Shown in pieces: positions 1 through 7,331 of a stretch of 12,310 nt of DNA. The notes beneath the pieces were generated by a model that was not told the origin of the DNA, did not search any database, and was given only the letters and a program-made list of their open reading frames with translations. The number at the start of each line of letters is the position of its first letter. The stretch's first letter is position 1. Location of the stretch: IMG/VR virus record IMGVR_UViG_2913192161_000002, positions 1-12,310 of that record; one strand, 5' to 3'. This stretch comes from a virus (taxonomy: Duplodnaviria > Heunggongvirae > Uroviricota > Caudoviricetes). A program made the translations under genes and the position numbers.

Positions 1-30
1 GCTTTACGCTGGGAATTTAGTGCCTGCATG
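1..30 (-). CDS. Endolysin (lambda R-like), first 10 codons only; gene runs off the window start
   Basis: Minus-strand ATG at 30-28, two nt after the holin stop, translates MQALNSQRKA, which resembles the lambda R N-terminus (..NNQRKAF..) as I recall it. Position directly downstream of the holin. Only 30 nt visible. Confidence 0.4.
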
Positions 31-32
31 AA

Positions 33-359
33 TTACTCCTTCGAGCTACCAAATTTGTTACCGATTACTCGCATTGCAGCCCCACGAATAGCATCGACAC
101 CGATCAGCCCAACGCCGCCACCAATGGCAACAGAAAGTGATTTAGGCCATCCGACATACTCAAGAGCGGATGCAAAAGTCAGCGTCAGAGCGCCACAGAG
201 TAGAATTTCGAGTGTTTTTCGCTTCCAGCCGCCACCACCGCCAAAATAGGCAATACGTAAACCAGCCATAACAATCGACATAATCACTGCGCCCAGCGGT
301 GTGTCTCCACGCCACCAGCTCTGGACCAACTCCAGCCAGGTATTTGGGTTATGAGGCAT
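33..359 (-). CDS. Holin (lambda S-like, glycine-rich transmembrane segments, charged C-terminal tail)
   Basis: 108 aa ORF with hydrophobic Gly-rich stretches (AYFGGGGGW, AIGGGVGLIGVD) and a basic C-terminus, sitting immediately upstream of the endolysin start. AGGTGAGAG ribosome-binding site before the ATG at 359. Architecture resembles lambda S. Confidence 0.8.
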   Translation of the reverse strand: MPHNPNTWLELVQSWWRGDTPLGAVIMSIVMAGLRIAYFGGGGGWKRKTLEILLCGALTLTFASALEYVGWPKSLSVAIGGGVGLIGVDAIRGAAMRVIGNKFGSSKE

Positions 360-510
360 TTGTAGTTATCTCTCACCTCGCTGATACAGCAGGTGCAAAT
401 TGAGGGAACATCATGTACCGCAAATCAGAAGCGGAAACGTCAAAGAAGCCGAGCCAATGGATAACTGCGGGATAGACCAGACTCAACGAATCCCCAGGCC
501 CAGAAACGAC

Positions 511-537
511 AAAACCCGCTCGACGGCGGGTTTAAGC
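511..537 (-). terminator. Rho-independent terminator, candidate tR' of the late leader transcript
   Basis: On the minus strand a GC-rich hairpin CCCGC(cgtcga)GCGGG is followed by TTTTGTCGTTT. It lies about 150 nt upstream of the holin start and downstream of the candidate late promoter. Confidence 0.55.
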
Positions 538-599
538 TGTGTGGCGAAGTAACCACTCTTAACACAGTAACGCAATTTTTGCGGACCGCGATAATGTTT

Positions 600-608
600 T
601 TTATACCA
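600..608 (-). promoter_or_regulatory. Candidate Q-dependent late promoter pR' (extended -10, TGgTATAAA)
   Basis: Minus strand reads TTTGGTATAAAAAAC, giving a TG-extended -10 hexamer TATAAA about 65-90 nt upstream of the terminator at 511-537. No good -35. Placement is by analogy to lambda pR'-qut-tR'. Confidence 0.3.
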
Positions 609-654
609 AAAAAAGGTATTTTATGGAAAAAAATCAAGACATAGCGAGCAAAGA

Positions 655-1524
655 GTGACTAAAACAACTTCTTTTCAGATCTTCTACGATGCAGAGGATA
701 ACGAATTAGCACAGCATAAAATTGATGCCAAAACATTAAGCATCTCCATAGGTTCGATGGCAGATTTAATATCAGCAGCTGATAAAAGACTTAATGACGG
801 CCAACAAACCGTTAAGTTAATGGTTACTAATCCAGCAGAAGCGGGATCACTCGGCGTATCCTATACCATGATGGAGCTTGTTCCTCATGCCGTCGACGTC
901 GCAAAAGTGATTGGCCTAACAGGGATAGCCGGGGCTGCTATTGGAGCTCCAGCATTATCACTAATCCGCCAACTGGGCAGCAAGAAAGTAATTTCGGTAA
1001 CAAAACGGGCAGGAACAGAAGAATCTGTTCTTGAACTTGAAGGGGAAGAAATTGTTTGCCATGACTCAGTGGCTAAGTTAGTAACAGATCCTGAAGTCCG
1101 TGATGCCCTTGTGAATGTAGTTCGTGCACCATTAGACGGCAAACAAGGTGCAGTATTTAAGGTGCTAAATGATGAAGGCGAAGAAGTCGTTCGTCTTGAA
1201 GGAAGTGAAACCGAAGAGATCAAACCGCTGCCTAGAGGTACACTACTTGAAAAAGAAGAGTCTGTAGAAGAAGTCAATGTTAGATTCGTACAGATCAACT
1301 TCGAGGGTACAAAGGGTTGGAGAATCGATTATTTAGGCGAGGAGCATGCTGTTACCTTTGAAGATCAGTTGTTTATACACCAAGTTCAAAATGGAATCAT
1401 CAGTTTTACAAAAGAAGATTTGTTTGTTGTTGAGCTAAAAACTATAAAAACTTTCACTGCGCGAAATGCCACAACCAAGTATGCTATAACCAAAGTAAAA
1501 CGAAAACGCCCTGCTGAGGCTTGA
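655..1524 (+). CDS. Hypothetical protein, 289 aa, with one glycine-zipper-like hydrophobic segment; first gene of a three-gene accessory cassette
   Basis: Long ORF opposite to the flanking phage late genes and visibly more AT-rich. Internal hydrophobic Gly-rich segment VIGLTGIAGAAIGAPALSLI, an acidic middle region and a basic C-terminal tail KVKRKRPAEA. Start is uncertain: GTG at 655 sits directly against AAAGAG, and the next in-frame ATG is at 757. No family recognised. Confidence 0.65.
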   Translation: MTKTTSFQIFYDAEDNELAQHKIDAKTLSISIGSMADLISAADKRLNDGQQTVKLMVTNPAEAGSLGVSYTMMELVPHAVDVAKVIGLTGIAGAAIGAPALSLIRQLGSKKVISVTKRAGTEESVLELEGEEIVCHDSVAKLVTDPEVRDALVNVVRAPLDGKQGAVFKVLNDEGEEVVRLEGSETEEIKPLPRGTLLEKEESVEEVNVRFVQINFEGTKGWRIDYLGEEHAVTFEDQLFIHQVQNGIISFTKEDLFVVELKTIKTFTARNATTKYAITKVKRKRPAEA

Positions 1525-1790
1525 CAAAAGTGACACTGAACATGCAGATAGCACAACTGATCTTCTGGATAGGGGTGATAATGATCATCCCTGCCTTTAG
1601 TCGTTTTTGCTATTCAGCGTCAGCCTTGCTTTGGCGTCGACTATTCCCTACAAAAGTCTTCGAATTCCGATATCACGATGAAGAATCCGGAGTGACCAAG
1701 ACGCTAGTAATAAAAGTTCCAAGTAAAAAGGGAAAAATGCTAACAACCCTCATTGAAGAGGCAATTGCGGAGAATTCAAAACGAAAATGA
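1521..1790 (+). CDS. Small membrane protein, up to 89 aa, one N-terminal transmembrane helix and a charged C-terminal tail
   Basis: ORF overlaps the upstream stop (TTGA at 1521-1524); alternative starts are GTG at 1530 and ATG at 1542. Hydrophobic segment IAQLIFWIGVIMIIPAF followed by a Lys/Glu-rich tail. Its stop overlaps the next start (ATGA at 1787-1790). Confidence 0.55.
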   Translation: MTKVTLNMQIAQLIFWIGVIMIIPAFSRFCYSASALLWRRLFPTKVFEFRYHDEESGVTKTLVIKVPSKKGKMLTTLIEEAIAENSKRK

Positions 1791-2209
1791 ATTCTCAAAC
1801 TAAAGGTCTAAGCACAGGAAAAGCTACCCTTTCAACTGGTGGTTGGGGAGCAATTCTAAGTGTTCTTGTTAGCGCGATTTTAACCGACCCTAATAGCGTG
1901 TGGCGAACTGTAGCCTACGCATTAGTACCGGGTGTTGCGGCAACTTTAACTTACGTCATGAATTGGTTTATTTCGAGGCATGGTTTCGAATCTCCAGAAG
2001 ACGCAGCCAAAAGAGCAAAATGCAAGCGTGATTTGGCTGAGATTGAGAAGCAGTTACGATCTGACCACTTAAGTCCTGAAATAAAATCAACATTGATGCA
2101 GGCTAAAGCAAGAACAATCGAAATTTTGGTATCAATCGGAAGGGAATCTATACTCGAAACATCTGCGCGTAACATTACACCATCAGAAACTGCCGATCCG
2201 CAAAGCTGA
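1787..2209 (+). CDS. Membrane protein, 140 aa, two predicted transmembrane helices and a charged helical C-terminal domain (holin-like topology)
   Basis: ATG at 1787 overlaps the preceding stop. Two hydrophobic segments (GGWGAILSVLVSAIL and VAYALVPGVAATLTYVMNWFI) followed by a Lys/Arg/Glu-rich region. No family recognised. Confidence 0.6.
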   Translation: MNSQTKGLSTGKATLSTGGWGAILSVLVSAILTDPNSVWRTVAYALVPGVAATLTYVMNWFISRHGFESPEDAAKRAKCKRDLAEIEKQLRSDHLSPEIKSTLMQAKARTIEILVSIGRESILETSARNITPSETADPQS

Positions 2210-2220
2210 GCGGCAGTTTC
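2186..2220. terminator. Perfect 10-bp inverted repeat stem-loop at the convergent junction of the cassette and Q
   Basis: GAAACTGCCG (2186-2195) and CGGCAGTTTC (2211-2220) are exact reverse complements with a 15-nt loop containing the stop of the 140 aa gene. Followed on the plus strand by TATTCT, a weak U-tract. Confidence 0.4.
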
Positions 2221-2232
2221 TATTCTGGTAGT

Positions 2233-2598
2233 CTATTGGTCCATTTCCAGACAAAGATCAAGCATTGAGAGACAGCCTTCAACAAAACCCTCAGCCATCT
2301 GTATCTCAATGCGTATTAGTTTCTCATCCTTTTTACGAGCTTTGGCGAGCTTTCTTTTAGAGATACCGTATAGGTAATGGGCAACAAGAAGCGAATGTTC
2401 GTCTGGCCTTTTTTGCTTTAGACGAGCAAGACAACCTTCAATAATTAATGCATCACTATCTGAACAAGCCTGACGTGTTTTGCTTGTATAGGGAAGAAGC
2501 CCCTTAAACCCAGCAGCTATAGGCGAATAGTCTACTCCTGAACTATCACTCGCCGCCCATGCACCCCAACGCTCAAGAATCATCTGAATATCACGCAT
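2233..2598 (-). CDS. Q: Late-gene antiterminator Q (DLP12 QuuD-like family)
   Basis: Translation MRDIQMILERWGAWAA... closely matches the N-terminus of E. coli QuuD as I recall it. Start placed at ATG 2598, preceded by GGGGAAAG; the ORF-track TTG start at 2613 adds 5 codons. Position is between rusA and the lysis genes. Confidence 0.85.
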   Translation of the reverse strand: MRDIQMILERWGAWAASDSSGVDYSPIAAGFKGLLPYTSKTRQACSDSDALIIEGCLARLKQKRPDEHSLLVAHYLYGISKRKLAKARKKDEKLIRIEIQMAEGFVEGCLSMLDLCLEMDQ

Positions 2599-2621
2599 CA
2601 ACTTTCCCCACAAAAATCAGG

Positions 2622-2720
2622 CTAGCACGCCAATTGCCAGCAAAAATCAATAAAACGATATAAGCGCAGGCGCACCCAGCGGCGGCGAAGACGTTCTGTC
2701 ATATAAGACTCAAACATCAT
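2622..2720 (-). CDS. Small ORF, 32 aa, ylcG-like
   Basis: Minus-strand ATG at 2720 overlaps the rusA stop (ATGA) and translates [23 protein letters not shown]... The Arg-rich RW.RLRLYRF core resembles what I recall of DLP12 YlcG, and it sits in the same rusA-Q slot. Below the ORF-track length cutoff. Confidence 0.4.
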   Translation of the reverse strand: MMFESYMTERLRRRWVRLRLYRFIDFCWQLAC

Positions 2721-3079
2721 TCATCTCCCAGTTCAGTGATGGTCAGCTCCAGCTTTCCACCCTTGGTAACGGGCATCTTCACAACGCGATAATCAACGAC
2801 CTGAGCATCATCCAGCCAGAAACCTGCTTTGGTGAGTGCGTCAAAAGCGGCCTTTTGCAGATTATCCAGGTCACGGCGACGGCGATCCGGCATGTGGCAC
2901 TCAATACGGATTTTCACTGGCATAGCCAGGCCGATATCCAGCATGGAGCCTTTGATGATTCGGGCGACGTTATCGCGGTATGCCTGCCCTTCTGCGCTGA
3001 TGTGCGTGCGCCCGCGATTATGGCGGTAGTAGCGGTTATTGCTCGGCGGCCAGGGTAGTGTGATGTAGTAAGTATTCAC
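2717..3079 (-). CDS. rusA: Holliday junction resolvase RusA
   Basis: 120 aa product [38 protein letters not shown]... is near-identical over its length to E. coli RusA from memory. GTG start overlaps the ybcO stop (GTGA). Confidence 0.95.
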   Translation of the reverse strand: MNTYYITLPWPPSNNRYYRHNRGRTHISAEGQAYRDNVARIIKGSMLDIGLAMPVKIRIECHMPDRRRRDLDNLQKAAFDALTKAGFWLDDAQVVDYRVVKMPVTKGGKLELTITELGDE

Positions 3080-3366
3080 GCCTTAATTACCCCCTCTTTC
3101 AGCCAGATAACCTGCGTTCTCGCCATACCTTCCAGCGCGCATTCTTTTGCATATCCAGCGTCAACAAAATGCGTGCGACGGTCGATCTCGTCGTGACAGG
3201 CAGAACATGCAATGGTGGCAATAAGGTCTGGCGGTTTAATACCGGTGCCGCACAATCCAGCTAGCCGGATATGTGCCAGTACAGACGTTTCAGGGTTGCC
3301 ATTACATACGCCAGGGATTCTTACCTGGCATTCCCGACCACGCGCTGCTTTTCTCAAATCAGCCAT
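3076..3366 (-). CDS. ybcO: YbcO-like DUF1364 protein (Cys-rich, putative nuclease)
   Basis: From the internal ATG at 3366 (AGGAGG ribosome-binding site upstream) the product [35 protein letters not shown]... matches DLP12 YbcO. The ORF-track start at 3405 is probably an over-extension. Confidence 0.85.
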   Translation of the reverse strand: MADLRKAARGRECQVRIPGVCNGNPETSVLAHIRLAGLCGTGIKPPDLIATIACSACHDEIDRRTHFVDAGYAKECALEGMARTQVIWLKEGVIKA

Positions 3367-3529
3367 GACTCCTCCTTGCTGCCAGTCGCAACCATTTTTT
3401 ATCAACCAGGCTGGCGGTATACCCGAGCAGTGTTGGTATTTCGGATGGTTTCAGCTCAGGCTTACGCTTACGACGATTTGGTACTCTGTAGATGTGTCCG
3501 TTCATGACACGAATAAGCGGTGTAGCCAT
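3359..3529 (-). CDS. ninE: NinE
   Basis: Hand translation of the minus strand gives a 56 aa [59 protein letters not shown], which matches lambda/DLP12 NinE. Its ATG overlaps the ybcN stop (TAATG) and its 3' end overlaps the ybcO start. Missing from the ORF track because of length. Confidence 0.8.
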   Translation of the reverse strand: MATPLIRVMNGHIYRVPNRRKRKPELKPSEIPTLLGYTASLVDKKWLRLAARRSHG

Positions 3530-3984
3530 TACGCCTCCTGCTTGTCGCGCAGCAGCTGGAACTCGCAGCTCTGCGGAATAGTCAGGTGGCAGCCAATATT
3601 CATCGCCCAGGCTTCAACCTTACACAGGAAGACATACATCTCTCCGGTATCAAGATCGGAGGTATGGCGTAACGACTGGATCGTAGTGATTTCGCCGGTT
3701 ACGACATCAACCAGGTCCTTGGTTTCATAACCGAGGTATGTGTGTTTGAGAGCATCTTTTACCCATGCTGCGGTAGCGAACGATTTCCCCCTGCTGATGA
3801 GGTATTCACTGATTTCGCTGTACCACATGTGGCTGAGTGCATTCTGGGAAAGACTGCGTTTCTCACGCCACGGTTTAAGCACCATGCGAAAGCATTTTCC
3901 GTCCTCCAGATAAGGCTGGATCTGCTGACCGATAGCGGTGAAGTTGCCGCGATGTAATTTGATGCCGTCTTGTGGGAGGTTCAC
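3529..3984 (-). CDS. ybcN: NinB/Orf-family protein (YbcN-like DNA base-flipping protein)
   Basis: 151 aa product [48 protein letters not shown]... is near-identical to DLP12 YbcN from memory and shares the RSLxQN core with lambda NinB. GTG start with a GGAGGT ribosome-binding site. Confidence 0.9.
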   Translation of the reverse strand: MNLPQDGIKLHRGNFTAIGQQIQPYLEDGKCFRMVLKPWREKRSLSQNALSHMWYSEISEYLISRGKSFATAAWVKDALKHTYLGYETKDLVDVVTGEITTIQSLRHTSDLDTGEMYVFLCKVEAWAMNIGCHLTIPQSCEFQLLRDKQEA

Positions 3985-4495
3985 GCTTCACCTCCGCAGA
4001 GGTCAAACGTTGGATGCAAAAAATCGCAGGTGCATTTCTGCAACTGTGAAGGGAGAAGAGAGTTTGGATTGTGTGTGCGCATAAACGTCCCCGTTTAGCG
4101 CAGAAGTCACCGGAGGTGTTCAGGCTCCGATGACATGATTATGGCGAGTTGATTATGGAAAATCAATTGAAGATGAAATTCAACAATGCCCCATGGTGCT
4201 ATGGCGCTCAATTAATTATATAACTTCAGAGAAAACTGATAACCCATTGATGATCACATTAGCTCAGACTAAGAAGACTGACAACGGGGACGAACATGAA
4301 CAGCAACGCCTGACATAGGTAAATCTCAAAAGCGAATCATATAATCCTTACCCCATCACTCAGAGACATCGCATAATAACATTCATACCACTATATAACC
4401 TCCAAATAACAACAACAATTCATTGGTTGCATTAATATCAGCGTGTTCCGTTGTTCAGGAATAAAACTTTTTATTTAACAAACAAAGAGAGTTCA

Positions 4496-5173
4496 ATGAT
4501 GAGCAAAATTACAGGCGTGTTAGTTGATAGCCATATCTATGATATTAAAAATGATATGGAGAGTGGTTACTGTTTCCCTAACAGTTTGTTCCCAGGAGCA
4601 ACCTTCAAGATGGTCATTGATAATGACCCTATTAATAATGACAAGGTAAAATGGACCTGTAGCACTAATGCAGACAATAATGTTCTGGCGGTTAGCCAGG
4701 ATGGCACAGTAACTTTTCCGGGCGTAGATGAAAAGTGCGTTGGGAAGATTTTTGTCATTTTCGCCACTGATAAATCAACAAACAAATCTGCCGGCATCTA
4801 TGTTTTTATTGTGAAGCGTTTTTTCAAATACAGCATTGAACTTTATAACTCAGTTAAAGATATTTTACCGTGGATTGAAAACATGAACGGGAATTTTCCT
4901 GAGGCACGTGACATCTATAGTTACGATTATGATAACTATAGTGGACCGCATATTATCAATCGAGAAGTTAACGCAGGGCTTTACCAGGAATGGGGCACGT
5001 TATCTAATAGTGGATGGGACGCAAGTTGTGAGCTTGAGGGTATTTGTAGCATTTACGCTTTTGATAAAGACAATAATACTTATTATTGCCTGCGTGATTA
5101 TGGAGAAATAGAGTGTATTGATCGTTTTTGCGTCGCTCAGGCAGTTGCATCCTACGGAGAATCCATCGACTGA
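4496..5173 (+). CDS. Hypothetical cysteine-rich protein, 226 aa from ATG 4496, possible Ig-like N-terminal region; lone accessory gene
   Basis: Strongly AT-rich ORF opposite to the phage operon, flanked by about 0.5 kb and 0.28 kb of AT-rich non-coding DNA. AAAGAGAG ribosome-binding site before the tandem ATGs at 4496/4499. Eight Cys, many Asn/Asp/Tyr. The segment VKWTCSTNADNNVLAVSQDGTVTFPG resembles bacterial Ig-like (Big_2-type) strands. No clear signal peptide. Confidence 0.55.
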   Translation: MMSKITGVLVDSHIYDIKNDMESGYCFPNSLFPGATFKMVIDNDPINNDKVKWTCSTNADNNVLAVSQDGTVTFPGVDEKCVGKIFVIFATDKSTNKSAGIYVFIVKRFFKYSIELYNSVKDILPWIENMNGNFPEARDIYSYDYDNYSGPHIINREVNAGLYQEWGTLSNSGWDASCELEGICSIYAFDKDNNTYYCLRDYGEIECIDRFCVAQAVASYGESID

Positions 5174-5251
5174 TTGTGTTTTTTTCAACTATCATTTGCA
5201 TTATTACAGCGTAAAGATTCACTGAAATTATAAAATTTAACTTGCGCAAAA

Positions 5252-5281
5252 CCACCCGTTCAGCGGGTGGTTCTCATTTTT
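5252..5281. terminator. Bidirectional rho-independent terminator between the convergent 240 aa gene and the Bro-N gene
   Basis: 7-bp stem CCACCCG(ttcag)CGGGTGG followed by TTCTCATTTTT on the plus strand and by TTTTGCGC on the minus strand. Confidence 0.55.
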
Positions 5282-5452
5282 ATCCACTATGTATATGAAG
5301 CTTAAAAAAATAAACGGACTTAAGCGATCCTTTTTATATTGCTACAAACAATTAATTCTCGACACCTAATAACTAAAGCCCCGCCCCCATATACCGCCAA
5401 TACCCGTTTCATAACAAAATGCTGGTGACATTTCTCACCGGAAACTTTATTG

Positions 5453-6058
5453 CTACTGCTCAGAACGCAAATGCGGCAATACTCGGCTCCACTTATCATC
5501 CTGCCACGGCTGGAATCTTACATGTGCCGTTTCTCTGGCAAGGATTTCGCGCGCCTTATGTAGTATCTGGGGATATTCTTGCTCAATAGAAGTAAAGCGA
5601 CCGGCTTCGCGATGCTCCGCAACCTGAAGAAGTGGAGTAATATTCTGGCAGGCGGTTAACATCACATCCCCTGCTCGCCATAACCAGGCGAGTGTGCAAA
5701 GTTCGTTATCAGTGAATTGTTTTGTGATTGGGGATTGTTGAACTTCTCGATCGAGAATATCCAGAACCCAGCGGCGGAATTCTTTGGCTACAGGAGTGCG
5801 GGCGAACATAGCGATCAAATGGGCACCACGGAGGGAGAAAATGCGTATTGTTTTCTGGTAGTTCCCTGAGACACTCAAATTGAGGGTCTCAGTCATATCT
5901 GCCCTAAATTCATCGGAATTTCGATCGTAGATCTGAGTTACGGCATCAGATTTTTTATATCCGAGAGCTTGAGCAATCTCAACGGCAGTAAGCCAGATAC
6001 TGTTGTTGTGTTTAACAGGATGGAATTTTGTTTGATGAAAGACTAGTTGTGTGCTCAT
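5453..6058 (-). CDS. Bro-N/AntA-like domain protein (putative antirepressor-type regulator)
   Basis: 201 aa. The N-terminus LVFHQTKFHPVKHNNSIWLTAVEIAQALGYKKSDAVTQIYDRNSDEF fits the Bro-N/AntA pattern (F..F..V....W..A.D/EIA..LGY) from memory. The C-terminal domain is not recognised. Confidence 0.5.
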   Translation of the reverse strand: MSTQLVFHQTKFHPVKHNNSIWLTAVEIAQALGYKKSDAVTQIYDRNSDEFRADMTETLNLSVSGNYQKTIRIFSLRGAHLIAMFARTPVAKEFRRWVLDILDREVQQSPITKQFTDNELCTLAWLWRAGDVMLTACQNITPLLQVAEHREAGRFTSIEQEYPQILHKAREILARETAHVRFQPWQDDKWSRVLPHLRSEQ

Positions 6059-6211
6059 GATGATTACCTATAAATCAAGTTAACCACCACCGCTGACGCC
6101 AATCAGTTTGGTGGTGAGACATGTAGGGTTGGCGTAACCGGGGTAATCAACCGGCCCGACCGAAGTCGGCCCTACACGCCCCACCATAATTCAGATGTGC
6201 GTATGCTTACG

Positions 6212-6238
6212 ACAATAAAAAACACGCTCGCGGCGTGT
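6212..6238 (-). terminator. Rho-independent terminator downstream of ren (tR2-like position)
   Basis: On the minus strand a 6-bp stem ACACGC(cgcga)GCGTGT is followed by TTTTTTATTG, about 100 nt after the ren stop. Confidence 0.6.
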
Positions 6239-6333
6239 AGTAGTCGCGATTACCTTATCCGGGACGCCAATCCCGTGTGCCGATTTTGCGGCAACGCACA
6301 GAATATAGCGCCAGATATTAGTTATCGTCAACC

Positions 6334-6633
6334 TCACTGATTTCCTCCCCCCGCCGCATAAACAAATAAAACCCGCTTCATCGCGGCACTCTGGCGACAC
6401 TCCTTGAAAATCAGATTCGTGCTCACCTTTCCTTCCCGTTCTTCCCTGGTAGCGAACCGGTAATACACCGTTCGCCAGACCTTACCATCAATGACTAAGA
6501 TTCCTGCCCGCGCCATTTTAGCCGCAGCCTGATTTATGCTGGTTACTGTTGCGCCTGTTACCTCAGCAACGTCCTGCGCACAGAAGCTCTTATGCGTCCC
6601 CAGGTAATGAATAATTGCTTCTTTTCCCGTCAT
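6334..6633 (-). CDS. ren: Ren protein
   Basis: Product MTGKEAIIHYLGTHKSFCAQDVAEVTGATVTSINQAAAKMARAGILVIDGKVWRTVYYRFATREEREGK... matches lambda Ren from memory. Its ATG overlaps the P stop (ATGA). Confidence 0.9.
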   Translation of the reverse strand: MTGKEAIIHYLGTHKSFCAQDVAEVTGATVTSINQAAAKMARAGILVIDGKVWRTVYYRFATREEREGKVSTNLIFKECRQSAAMKRVLFVYAAGGGNQ

Positions 6634-7331
6634 ACACTGGCTCCTTTCAGTCCGAACTTAGCTTTAATTTCTGCGATCTTCGCCAGAGCCTGTGCACGAT
6701 TTAGAGGTCTACCGCCCATGACAGGAAGTTGTTTTACTGGTTCAGGTATAGCCTCACCACGGTTAATTCGCGCGGTCATACAGGCCAGTTCATCGGCAGC
6801 CTTGCGCCGTAATTCCGCATCAGTAAGCGCATTGGCCCGCATGTTCTGGTACAGGTTGGTAACCAGCCAGTAGTGCGCGTTTGATTTCCACGGATAAGAC
6901 TCTGCATCTGGATACAGGCCACGCTTCCGGCAATACTCATAAACCATATCAACCAGCTCGCTGACGTTTGGCAGCCCGGCGTTAACGGATGCTTCTTCCC
7001 GGCACCAGGCGACAAACTGCCCGGGTGATGGCAGGAATGGTCGATTCTGCCGACGGGCTACGCGCATTCCAGCGTTAACCTGTTCCATCGTGGTGATCCC
7101 ATTTTCCCGGAAAGCCAGAACCCACTGGCGGCGGATTTCGTTCAGTTCGTTCTGGTCACGGTTAGCCAGGCTCGCCGGGAAAGTTGCCAGTAACTGGCTG
7201 AACACACCATTGATAATCTGCGCTACCTGCTGTACCTGCGGCTTTTCGTCGTACTGTTCCGGCATGTTATTGGCGATCCGGCGCATCTGCTCACGGTCAA
7301 AATTAACCATCTGTGCGGCGATGTTTTTCAT
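6630..7331 (-). CDS. P: Replication protein P (DnaB helicase loader)
   Basis: 233 aa product MKNIAAQMVNFDREQMRRIANNMPEQYDEKPQVQQVAQIINGVF... is essentially lambda P from memory. Confidence 0.95.
   Translation of the reverse strand: MKNIAAQMVNFDREQMRRIANNMPEQYDEKPQVQQVAQIINGVFSQLLATFPASLANRDQNELNEIRRQWVLAFRENGITTMEQVNAGMRVARRQNRPFLPSPGQFVAWCREEASVNAGLPNVSELVDMVYEYCRKRGLYPDAESYPWKSNAHYWLVTNLYQNMRANALTDAELRRKAADELACMTARINRGEAIPEPVKQLPVMGGRPLNRAQALAKIAEIKAKFGLKGASV

Noticed and set aside
28-249. 73 aa plus-strand ORF (Pro-rich)
   Set aside because: Entirely antisense to the well-supported holin gene, low complexity, no ribosome-binding site; the start region coincides with the endolysin start on the other strand.
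440-637. 65 aa minus-strand ORF
   Set aside because: Spans the late leader region including the terminator hairpin and promoter candidates; no ribosome-binding site and a low-complexity product. More likely regulatory DNA.
885-1298. 137 aa minus-strand Ser/Thr-rich ORF
   Set aside because: Antisense and fully nested within the 289 aa gene; the composition is typical of a shadow ORF.
2829-3957. Plus-strand ORFs 2829-3029, 2855-3058, 3212-3730, 3271-3507 and 3742-3957
   Set aside because: All are antisense to strongly supported rusA, ybcO, ninE and ybcN genes.
4155-4223. 22-codon plus-strand mini-ORF in the AT-rich intergenic region
   Set aside because: No convincing ribosome-binding site and no recognisable family. 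Plausible by chance in AT-rich DNA.
4567-5255. ORFs 4567-4797 (-), 4908-5111 (+), 5000-5188 (-) and 5004-5255 (-)
   Set aside because: They overlap the better-supported 240 aa plus-strand gene (which has a ribosome-binding site and terminator) in alternative frames or on the opposite strand.
6084-6190. Possible tRNA (3' CACCACCA on the minus strand with a 7-bp acceptor-like stem)
   Set aside because: A manual cloverleaf test failed: the T-arm does not pair and there is no TTC-type T-loop. Kept only as a structured element of unknown nature.
6191-6400. 69 aa minus-strand ORF
   Set aside because: Overlaps the ren 3' end in another frame and runs through the tR2-like terminator hairpin.
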